NCBI GenBank assembly: GCA_041661045.1 | Contig: JBAZVE010000001.1 | Span: forward strand, 840,001 to 872,000 | Reading direction: 5' to 3' | Origin: Candidatus Saccharimonadota bacterium | Lineage (GTDB): Bacteria; Patescibacteriota; Gracilibacteria; UBA1369; 2-02-FULL-48-14 | Length of the DNA stretch: 32,000 nucleotides | Made by a program: the position numbers and the translations under genes | In this document: piece after piece, positions 25,393-32,000 of the stretch | Numbering within the stretch: the first letter of the stretch is position 1 | Layout of the letters: every line of letters begins with the position of its first letter | Notes under the pieces: generated by a model | What the model was told of the DNA's origin: nothing | The model's input: only the letters and a program-made list of their open reading frames with translations | The model's database searches: none

Positions 25393-25807
25393 TGGAGGGT
25401 GGGGTAAAAGAATTTTTCGTATTCAACAACTTGAGAGCTCTTTGAAGAATTTCTGTCTCATTTTTGTTGAGTACATCGCTTCTTCTTTGAAGAAGCTGTT
25501 TTTGTGCAAGTGTTGAGTTGTAATCGATGTGATGATTTTTTAGCCAGTAGATTATTCCCGTCATATTGCCCGACTGAATGGCTTTGATGAGCTGGGCTTC
25601 TGCGACATCGTTCACCTCATCCTTGCCACCTTGCAGGGCGGTTTGGGCAGCTTCTCTGAACTCTTGATCGTCTTGGATCCACCTGTAGTAGGTGGCTCTG
25701 CTGACGCTCATTTTCTCACATGCTGCTCGGACGATTGGCATTTTCTTCAACTGGCTTATCAGTTGTTCTTTTCGAACGTCTTGTTTATCTTCTGTTGTCA
25801 TGGTCAT
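25385..25807 (-). CDS. HTH protein, terminase small subunit-like
   Basis: 140 aa. The HTH is ACEKMSVSRATYYRWIQDD, and IIYWLKNHH resembles the (I/F)(F/Y)WLKN motif of small terminases. It overlaps terL by 8 nt. Confidence 0.55.
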   Translation of the reverse strand: MTMTTEDKQDVRKEQLISQLKKMPIVRAACEKMSVSRATYYRWIQDDQEFREAAQTALQGGKDEVNDVAEAQLIKAIQSGNMTGIIYWLKNHHIDYNSTLAQKQLLQRRSDVLNKNETEILQRALKLLNTKNSFTPPSNE

Positions 25808-26577
25808 GGCGTTAAGAATATGGGTTCTATCCCTGTCATTTTTTTGAATCGATCGACGATGATTTGGCAGTACTTCGGTTCAAGTTCCATAGCGAAGCAT
25901 CGCCGTTTGGCCTGTTCCGCAGCAATAAGTGTGCTTCCCGAACCAGAAAATGGATCGTAAACCGTTGCGCCCACTTTGGAAGAATTTAGAATCAAGTGAC
26001 GCATAAGTGGCACAGGTTTCATAGTTGGGTGGAGCTTGTTGTTTTGGGTCTTTGGATAAATGAGGATGTTCTTATCCTTGGACTTGTAAAATTTGTGTGT
26101 TCCATGCCATCCGTAAGCGATGAGCTCTGACTGAGGTAGGTAATCCAGCCTTCCTATGTTTGCCGAGGTCTTGAGCCACACCAGCAGTTGCTTAAATAAA
26201 AACTGCTCGGCTTTAAGCCCATCTAGGAGAGCGTGGATCATGCGATCGCTGTTGAAAATATAGAAGGCATTTTTGTCAGCAAGGTGCGACTGGCAGGCCG
26301 TTAACCACTGTCGTGTGAAGTCCACATACTGCTCGTGCGACTGGAGTTGGTCGTTGGCAATGGGAATGTGACGGCTGGATAGATCTTCCTTGCTTTCCAC
26401 CACGGCCACTCCGTACGGTGGGTCGGTCGCAATGAGGTCTATTTTCTGCCCTTGCATGAGGGTTTCCACATCTTTGTGGTTTGTGGCACTTCCGCAGTAA
26501 ACTAAGTGGTTTCCGAGTTGTATTAAGACCCCTCGCTCAATTGAGCTTGAGGGCCTTTTGGTTGGTGAGTTTTTCAT
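25804..26577 (-). CDS. DNA methyltransferase (N6-adenine/N4-cytosine, beta class)
   Basis: Motif IV IATDPPYGV precedes motif I DPFSGSGSTLIAAE. Confidence 0.9.
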   Translation of the reverse strand: MKNSPTKRPSSSIERGVLIQLGNHLVYCGSATNHKDVETLMQGQKIDLIATDPPYGVAVVESKEDLSSRHIPIANDQLQSHEQYVDFTRQWLTACQSHLADKNAFYIFNSDRMIHALLDGLKAEQFLFKQLLVWLKTSANIGRLDYLPQSELIAYGWHGTHKFYKSKDKNILIYPKTQNNKLHPTMKPVPLMRHLILNSSKVGATVYDPFSGSGSTLIAAEQAKRRCFAMELEPKYCQIIVDRFKKMTGIEPIFLTP

Positions 26578-27808
26578 AGCGTGTAACGATTAATGAGGCG
26601 AATAAAGGATCAAGTTCAATGAGAAGGCAACGGCGGTTCATTTGCTGGCATGCGGCCATTATTGAGCCACTACCTCCGAAAAGCTCCAGTACGTAATCAC
26701 CTGGTTTGGTGCAACGTCTGAGCATGCGTTCGTAGATAGTGGGACTTTTCTCCGTGGGATGTAAATATTTGGCTGAAGGAAGCCGTTTTTCTAACCAAAT
26801 GTCTAGCAAATCAAGAACGTCATCGTGCGCACGATTGCCTGTGCCGACTTCCTTGTTCATGATCTCAGCGAAAGATGTGTGATAGCTGGAAAGAAAGGGC
26901 TTACCTCGTGTGCCGTAGCAACAGGGTTCATAGCAACGGTTGAAAGCGATCTGAGGTGTTACCATTGCGGAGTTTTTCAGCCATAGACAGACCCGTTGCT
27001 GTTTGATTTCGTGCTCTGCATAAAGACTCTGAATCAATCCAATGTAATTTTGATCTGAGAATGTGAAGTAATGGCAATCTGGCTGTGAGACTGTCACTGC
27101 ATTTTTTAAGATTTTGCTCAGGAAAGTTCGGTAGTCTTCGTCTGATTTGTTGTCGTCAACGACCGTTCCTCCATACTTACCCTTGGTTCCAATGCCTTTA
27201 TTATAGTCAATTTTCAGATTATAAGGTGGGTCCAGTGTGATGAAGTTTATCTTCTTGTCCCCGACAAGCTTCTTCACCACATTTAGGTCAGTGCTATCCC
27301 CACAGGCCAGCACATGCTGGCCTAGCTGGTAGAAGTCTCCTTCCTTTACGAATGGCTCCTTGAGTTGCTTCAACTCTTCCTCGACATTGAAGTCGTCATC
27401 TTCTGTTTCGGATACGTCATCCCAGAGATGCTGCAATTCCTCCGAAGAGAAGCCAACGTCTGTGAGAAGGTCTAGATCGAACTCACGCAGCAAATCCCAA
27501 TCCCAGCTTCCGAGATTTGAGTTTAGCCTGAGATTTAGTTCCCGTTCCTTATCAATATCATCGATTCTTACATAGGACACGGGTACTGTTTCGTAGCCGA
27601 GTTCCTTTGCTACGTGAACTCGGAAGTGACCGCCTAGTATCACGTTTTCTCTACCCTTAGCAGAATTTACTAAAATTGGGACAACCAGGCCGAAATTTCT
27701 AATACTGGCTTTTAGATCTGCTATTTGTTTCTCATCCCAGCGTCGAGGATTATAGTCGGAAAGTTTTAGCTCTGATATTTTAACTTGGTGAATTGTAAGA
27801 TCGTTCAT
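26537..27808 (-). CDS. ParB-like nuclease domain fused to a DNA methyltransferase (beta class)
   Basis: The N-terminus (LKLSDYNPRRWDEKQIADLKASIRNFGLVVPILV, GGHFRV) is a ParB/Srx domain. It is followed by LDPPYNL (motif IV) and ELFGGSGS (motif I). Confidence 0.9.
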   Translation of the reverse strand: MNDLTIHQVKISELKLSDYNPRRWDEKQIADLKASIRNFGLVVPILVNSAKGRENVILGGHFRVHVAKELGYETVPVSYVRIDDIDKERELNLRLNSNLGSWDWDLLREFDLDLLTDVGFSSEELQHLWDDVSETEDDDFNVEEELKQLKEPFVKEGDFYQLGQHVLACGDSTDLNVVKKLVGDKKINFITLDPPYNLKIDYNKGIGTKGKYGGTVVDDNKSDEDYRTFLSKILKNAVTVSQPDCHYFTFSDQNYIGLIQSLYAEHEIKQQRVCLWLKNSAMVTPQIAFNRCYEPCCYGTRGKPFLSSYHTSFAEIMNKEVGTGNRAHDDVLDLLDIWLEKRLPSAKYLHPTEKSPTIYERMLRRCTKPGDYVLELFGGSGSIMAACQQMNRRCLLIELDPLFASLIVTRYEKLTNQKALKLN

Positions 27809-27840
27809 GTTGAAGTGGGTTACGATTAAGTATCCCCGAC

Positions 27841-27880
27841 AAAGTTTGTCAGAGTTTGTCGGAGTTGTTCGGAGTTTGTT
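27841..27880 (+). repeat. four tandem 10-bp iterons (RAGTTTGTC-type)
   Basis: aaagtttgtc agagtttgtc ggagttgttc ggagtttgtt, with exact 10-bp phasing. It lies 33 nt upstream of the ParB-MTase start. Confidence 0.7.
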
Positions 27881-27910
27881 TTTTTGGAAGCTTCCTTTGT
27901 TTTTATTTGT

Positions 27911-27926
27911 ACGTTCGCGCGAACGT
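27911..27926. repeat. perfect 16-bp palindrome ACGTTCGCGCGAACGT
   Basis: Read directly from the sequence. It is flanked by a second palindrome, GGAAGCTTCC (27886-27895), and by CGATCG/GCGATT repeats. Confidence 0.6.
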
Positions 27927-27992
27927 AGCGATCGATTGCGATTGGATTCTAGGGTTAATTGATGCCGAAATCAATCAATAAACCACCTTTTC

Positions 27993-28022
27993 AGAGTTTG
28001 TCAAAGTTTGCAGGAGTTTGTC
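27993..28022 (+). repeat. three tandem 10-bp iterons, same family and orientation
   Basis: agagtttgtc aaagtttgca ggagtttgtc. Confidence 0.7.
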
Positions 28023-28114
28023 ACTTCGCTTGAGCAAGCCATTCTTTAGTCCAATTTTTATTTTTTTAAGCCCGCTTATTCGTATTTACGAGTTTATCAT
28101 AAATTGTGAAGTAC

Positions 28115-29161
28115 TCATTCCATGTTATTCAACTTGAAATTCACCTCATAAGTTTGCAATGAAACGTTGGGGAGTGTCTTGAGCGCATAGCGGATGCGGT
28201 CGTCATGGGAACCTAAAATGATGAGGCCTTTTACCGTTTCACCTTCACTAGCTAAATGTTCCGTTACAAAGCCGATGTACCTGAGCACTTGTCCAACTAC
28301 TTCGTCGCTGGATCTGCCTCGTTTTAATTCAATAACCAGCCACTCATTCCCATCTTTGCTTTTGGCGAGAATATCAATGCGGCCTACGATCTTGGTGTCG
28401 TATTGCTGTCCGATTAAATCACCGTCCTCTTCAAGAATTGAGTGTGTTGCGCCCAGAGGGGTTTTATCCCAGTTGTACACGAGGAATTCCTCCAAGAACT
28501 TTTCGAGTCCGAATTCAGCCACGTCTGTTACACCTTCTTTCTGGAGTATGGCTTCCACTACTTCCGAATCCTCATCTTCCTCACTGCCAATGGGTTTATT
28601 ACCAAGTGAGAGCCAGCCTACAATCTCATCTGTTTGCCAGAGAGTAAGCTCGTGCTCTTTGGCGAACTGTCTCAAGACTTCATTCACAGCAATGTATCGT
28701 TCCGCAAAACTTTTTCCTTTCAAATTTGGGAGTAGCCCAGCTGCCTCCAAACCTGCTTCACTCTTCGTATTGAATACTCCGTATCTTTCGGGATGAATTA
28801 CAAGCAGAATGGGCGTTACTATGGCCCTGCCTAAGCCTTTGATCATTGAAGGCCCTTTGGGCGGGAATAGGTCGTCCAAACGCTCTTTAAGAGACCGTGT
28901 TTCGTCCAATAGGATCTTCAACGCCCCGATGAGTCTCGGCATATTTTCTGTGATCATGTTGCCCTGACGATGGATTCCGTCCCAATGCCGATTGTTTTTG
29001 ATTACAAGAAACGATTTGAAATCTTCCTTTGTGAGGCGGTCAAGGTTGGATGGGTGAAAGATCTGGCCGTATTTACTGATCACGTCTTCCTCTTCCTGTA
29101 GTCGTTTGGGATTGGTGAGTACGAGCTGTTTCCACTCGTCGACTTGGTTTTTATCGATCAT
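28115..29161 (-). CDS. NucS/DUF91-like PD-(D/E)xK nuclease-domain protein (C-terminal) with an unknown helical N-terminal domain
   Basis: 348 aa. GRIDILAKSKDGNEWLVIELKRGRSSDEVVGQVLRY carries the same D...ExK...Q..Y signature as ORF 22596..23666. Confidence 0.6.
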   Translation of the reverse strand: MIDKNQVDEWKQLVLTNPKRLQEEEDVISKYGQIFHPSNLDRLTKEDFKSFLVIKNNRHWDGIHRQGNMITENMPRLIGALKILLDETRSLKERLDDLFPPKGPSMIKGLGRAIVTPILLVIHPERYGVFNTKSEAGLEAAGLLPNLKGKSFAERYIAVNEVLRQFAKEHELTLWQTDEIVGWLSLGNKPIGSEEDEDSEVVEAILQKEGVTDVAEFGLEKFLEEFLVYNWDKTPLGATHSILEEDGDLIGQQYDTKIVGRIDILAKSKDGNEWLVIELKRGRSSDEVVGQVLRYIGFVTEHLASEGETVKGLIILGSHDDRIRYALKTLPNVSLQTYEVNFKLNNME

Positions 29162-29175
29162 ACTTTTGGATTAGT

Positions 29176-29194
29176 CGTGGTAAAATATACCACG
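29176..29194. promoter_or_regulatory. operator-like inverted repeat in a divergent intergenic region
   Basis: CGTGGTA-aaata-TACCACG, perfect 7-bp arms, 15 nt upstream of the 28115..29161 start codon. Confidence 0.3.
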
Positions 29195-29208
29195 GTTTGT
29201 TCACGCCT

Positions 29209-29343
29209 ATGACCAAACACACTAAAAATAAGGGCAAGGACAGGTTCAATGTGACGGTTACTTTTTGCGAAGATGAGGAAGAATGTCAGGAGGCTTATGA
29301 GAAAGCTATTCGTGCTGTTTTAGGGCTAAATTTATTTCATTAA
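29209..29343 (+). CDS. possible small ORF (44 aa)
   Basis: ATG..TAA ORF: MTKHTKNKGKDRFNVTVTFCEDEEECQEAYEKAIRAVLGLNLFH. It ends 12 nt before the next gene. The only support is position and an intact frame. Confidence 0.25.
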   Translation: MTKHTKNKGKDRFNVTVTFCEDEEECQEAYEKAIRAVLGLNLFH

Positions 29344-29355
29344 CTTTTTACCTCT

Positions 29356-29943
29356 ATGAAATTATCTGATGAAGCTGTCCGTGAATTTCAAGAAATTTAT
29401 AAAAAGAAGTATGGGAAAGAGATCTCACATGCTGAAGCTTATGAATCTGGGAGTAGGCTTTTAGGTTTATTTGAAGTTCTGCTCAAAGGGGCTCAGGTAG
29501 AACGTGCGAGAAAATTGAGGCTGAAAGATGAACCTAAAGGCTTCCATATCAATGGTGGCCCATATACTTGTTTCATCTGCGGTCAATATGTGAGCGACGA
29601 AGAGACTTGGTACGATAAATATGGAATCAAGTGCTTGGTATGCCAGCGTGCTGTGGAGAAGCGGGTAGTGCCTGGGAAAATCTGTCAGGACAAAGACTCG
29701 TGGTACTCCATGTGGGAACTGGATCACTACTTCAAGATTAAACATCAAACTGCACGGAAGCTCATCCGACAAGGCAAGTTGAAAGCCAGGGTCATCACTT
29801 CGCAAAGTGACGATGCTTACTGTTTTGTTTTTCTCATCAAGGAGAACCCCATTCTAGGTTCAAAGCCGAAGTCCACCTTGGTCAAACATGAAGATGGTCG
29901 CTTTAGTACTAGTCTGGAGGAAAGAACTATTCAGTTTGATTAG
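29356..29943 (+). CDS. zinc-ribbon plus excisionase-type HTH protein (candidate recombination directionality factor / regulator)
   Basis: 195 aa. The zinc ribbon is CFICGQ...CLVCQ. WELDHYFKIKHQTARKLIRQGKLKARVI resembles HTH_17/Xis-type motifs. The N-terminal FQEIYKKKYGKEISHAEAYESGSRLLGLFEVL resembles the 58-aa ORF at 9324..9500. Confidence 0.6.
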   Translation: MKLSDEAVREFQEIYKKKYGKEISHAEAYESGSRLLGLFEVLLKGAQVERARKLRLKDEPKGFHINGGPYTCFICGQYVSDEETWYDKYGIKCLVCQRAVEKRVVPGKICQDKDSWYSMWELDHYFKIKHQTARKLIRQGKLKARVITSQSDDAYCFVFLIKENPILGSKPKSTLVKHEDGRFSTSLEERTIQFD

Positions 29944-29971
29944 AGCTTCATTCTTGATCGAATTGTCCCAA

Positions 29972-31408
29972 TTATTGATGATACAAAAATCCTGCTATTA
30001 AAAATAAAACTGCGGCGATGCCTGCTGAAGCGAAGTTATATGGGTTAGCATATTTTAGATACTTCATGTGATCGGCGCCGGTAACACCAGATGCCATATT
30101 GGTCATTCCAGCTACTGGTGAAGTGGTGTCTCCAAACGTTCCGCCAGTAATAACTGCTGCTACACAAATTGGAATTGAGACGCCACTGGATACAGCAATG
30201 AAAATTGCAAAAGGCATAATTAGTGAAGCTGTGGCCCAACCCTCCCCAATAAAATAAGTCACAAGAGAAGATATGAGAAAAAGTGATACAGGGATGCTCC
30301 ATATGGGCAGCTGATTTCCCAAAAGCTGTTGGATGAAATCACTCAAACCTAATTCCTGCGAAACGTCACCCAAAGCCCATGCGATCACGAGAATAATCAA
30401 TATTCTCATTAGTTCGTTTCCTCCCGAGATCATGTCTTCGGTCATTTTCTTTAAAGGGTACTTTTGGAAGGCATAAAGCAAGCCCGTAATAAATATTGAA
30501 ATAGATAGTGCAACCAACATTGCCATATTAGGGTCGGTGGCGGAAATAATGGATGCAATAGTTTCATTTACTCCATTCTCACCCCTGCCAAAGTACCAGA
30601 AGAAAAAGAAACAAAGGGAAACAACCGTTAACATGGGTACTATTAGGTTGATTATGCGTGGTTTTATTTGTGGCTTTTCATCACCCATAGACATACTCAT
30701 TTCGTCAGCAGTCTCTTTGTGATAATGCTCACCCTGTTTTCCTAAAGGCTGTTTTCTCCATTGAAAAAATATGGTGCTGAAAGTGATGAGAAGAACCACA
30801 ATACTATAAAATTCAAAAGGAATAGCGCGAAGTAAAACGCTATAAGCCGATTGCTCTTCAAGTACTCCTGCAGATTCCAATCCCTGACTGATATTGGCTA
30901 TATTGAACCCTACGAAAGTCGTAGCTATTGGAATGACTTCAAGAACCGGACTGGCTGTATTATTGATCATGAATGCAAGCCGTTCCTTCGCTATTTTATG
31001 TTTTTCTGCGAGTGAACGCATGATGGACCCCGCACCAACAATTCTGAAGTCACAATCAATGAACGTAACGGGTATCAATGCCCACAAGGTGTAAAAGACT
31101 CCACGGTCGCTTTTGATGTATTTACCGAGCCAACTTGAAAAGGCCTTGATGCCGCCTGCATTTTTTATAAGTGTGATCAAGCCGTTGAACAAATACAGAA
31201 AAAGTAAGACCTGTAAGTTACTTGTGTCCGACAATATCTTTAATATATTTTCTATGGCGACTTCCAGTCCGCCTATAATTGATGGGTCCAATAAATAGGA
31301 ACCCACCAATAAACCCAAGAGGAGCGACGGTAAAATCTTTTTTGACCAAATTGCAAAAGCAATGGTGATCACTGGGGGCAGAACTGAAAGCCAAGTTAGA
31401 GTTTCCAT
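29972..31408 (-). CDS. Na+/H+ antiporter, NhaC family-like polytopic membrane transporter
   Basis: 478 aa with many TM helices. The N-terminus LSVLPPVITIAFAIWSKKILPSLLLGLLVG is typical of NhaC-family transporters as I recall them. Confidence 0.75.
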   Translation of the reverse strand: METLTWLSVLPPVITIAFAIWSKKILPSLLLGLLVGSYLLDPSIIGGLEVAIENILKILSDTSNLQVLLFLYLFNGLITLIKNAGGIKAFSSWLGKYIKSDRGVFYTLWALIPVTFIDCDFRIVGAGSIMRSLAEKHKIAKERLAFMINNTASPVLEVIPIATTFVGFNIANISQGLESAGVLEEQSAYSVLLRAIPFEFYSIVVLLITFSTIFFQWRKQPLGKQGEHYHKETADEMSMSMGDEKPQIKPRIINLIVPMLTVVSLCFFFFWYFGRGENGVNETIASIISATDPNMAMLVALSISIFITGLLYAFQKYPLKKMTEDMISGGNELMRILIILVIAWALGDVSQELGLSDFIQQLLGNQLPIWSIPVSLFLISSLVTYFIGEGWATASLIMPFAIFIAVSSGVSIPICVAAVITGGTFGDTTSPVAGMTNMASGVTGADHMKYLKYANPYNFASAGIAAVLFLIAGFLYHQ

Positions 31409-31455
31409 AGAAATTTAAATTAAAGGATCTTTTCTTTCGAGTATCATGTGATTTC

Positions 31456-31980
31456 CTACGCAGATGGGGTAATTGGTTTTTCACTTTTTTGAAGTCGACT
31501 CACCAGTTCTATTAAACGTCCTGGATAGGGTACATATTTGAACTCAAGTGTTTGATAACTGGTAGGTAAATTCATTTCTACTTCTCCGTAGTGTAAAAGA
31601 TTCTTAATCAGTCCTCGTTGGTGTTTTTCAATTTCATTGATCTCTTGGATATTGATATAGCTCATGTCGTGGCGCACATAAGGGAAGAAGCGGAAGTCGA
31701 TGATTCTCCTTTTTGTGACTGCTAAACCTGAAAGCTGTAAGGACAGTAGATAGAGAAAGAGCAAATGATGCGCAATCAAAATGGTGCCGTAAGCTATAAA
31801 AGTAACCACCATAGCTGCTGGATGAGCCAGCTCATGTAGGTTGGTACCCAGCCAGAACAAGAAAGCTCCTAATGAAAGCCCAACTAAGTAAAGAGAAAGC
31901 GGCAAAAGGAAAACCATCCAATGTTCGTGCAGGAGCATAAGTAAAGGTTCCTTGTTTTGGTCTTGTTCATGGCTGTTCAT
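31456..31980 (-). CDS. membrane protein, possibly bacterial PH-domain (YdbS/YdbT-like)
   Basis: 174 aa. Two to three N-terminal TM helices are followed by a soluble beta-rich tail. The family assignment is tentative. Confidence 0.5.
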   Translation of the reverse strand: MNSHEQDQNKEPLLMLLHEHWMVFLLPLSLYLVGLSLGAFLFWLGTNLHELAHPAAMVVTFIAYGTILIAHHLLFLYLLSLQLSGLAVTKRRIIDFRFFPYVRHDMSYINIQEINEIEKHQRGLIKNLLHYGEVEMNLPTSYQTLEFKYVPYPGRLIELVSRLQKSEKPITPSA

Positions 31981-32000
31981 AAATTAGATGGAAAACAAGT

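Larger units (their letters stand above)
14272..29960. mobile_element. about 15.7-kb integrative element at the 3' side of tRNA-Gln
   Basis: A serine recombinase sits at the tRNA-proximal end and an Xis-like HTH protein at the distal end. The cargo is restriction-modification, nuclease and terminase genes. Composition drops sharply at the tRNA. The right limit is placed between ORF 29356..29943 and the convergent antiporter gene and is approximate. Confidence 0.65.

Noticed and set aside
27841-28022. Possible CRISPR array
   Set aside because: The repeat unit is only 10 bp and is directly tandem with no spacers, and there are no cas genes. The Cas4-like domain at 21082..22599 belongs to a TM0106-type RecB-family fusion nuclease. 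These are iterons, not CRISPR.
28194-28796. 200-aa plus-strand ORF (also 14810..15214, 22746..23138, 10296..10643 and similar)
   Set aside because: They lie antisense to ORFs with clear domain motifs. Their sequences are serine/leucine-rich and low in complexity, which is typical of antisense frames.
14272-29960. Intact prophage
   Set aside because: Only integrase, MTase and terminase functions are present. I could find no portal, capsid, tail, holin or lysin candidates among the ORFs, and 15.7 kb is too small for a tailed phage.
1-32000. Alternative genetic code (UGA sense), as in some uncultivated lineages
   Set aside because: Well-defined genes end cleanly at TGA (for example gmk and the P-loop NTPase). 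Domain-complete ORFs contain no in-frame TGA interruptions. The standard code fits.

Overview
The window holds a short, visibly G+C-richer housekeeping block at about 11.3-14.2 kb (RNA methyltransferase, ssb, gmk). It is bracketed by tRNA-Asn(GUU) on the minus strand (11225..11299) and tRNA-Gln(CUG) on the plus strand (14198..14271). Each tRNA's 3' end points outward into an AT-richer accessory region, and each region begins with a paralogous large serine recombinase whose own 3' end faces the tRNA, giving a mirror-image arrangement.

Left accessory region (about 1622-11224): five same-orientation copies of a 32-50 bp repeat resemble the last 16 nt of tRNA-Asn. They cut the DNA into four tidy one-ORF cassettes (P-loop NTPase, a 105-aa protein, two lipoproteins) plus a 6.7-kb unit. 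That unit carries an AlbA_2-domain two-gene operon, a 716-aa SEC-C-motif protein with a nuclease-like core, an XRE regulator, a small membrane protein and the recombinase.

Right accessory region (about 14272-29960): a 15.7-kb integrative element. It carries a 1030-aa type IIG-like nuclease/N6-adenine methyltransferase abutting a roughly six-TM HerA-like ATPase, and a divergent Cas4-like plus RNase-H-like nuclease. It also carries two NucS/DUF91-like nuclease-domain proteins and a ParB-MTase / MTase / TerS-like / TerL operon with no virion structural genes. Non-coding features there include a 104-nt nested inverted-repeat structure with terminator/antiterminator logic, phased 10-bp iterons, and an Xis-like zinc-ribbon/HTH protein at the distal end.

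Window edges: HAD hydrolase and SET-domain protein on the left; NhaC-type antiporter and a membrane protein on the right.

Best candidates for something undescribed: (1) the nuclease-MTase plus membrane HerA-like ATPase module with its flanking nucleases; (2) the tRNA-end-derived cassette array associated with a serine recombinase.

All functional calls rest on motifs read by eye. No database search was possible.
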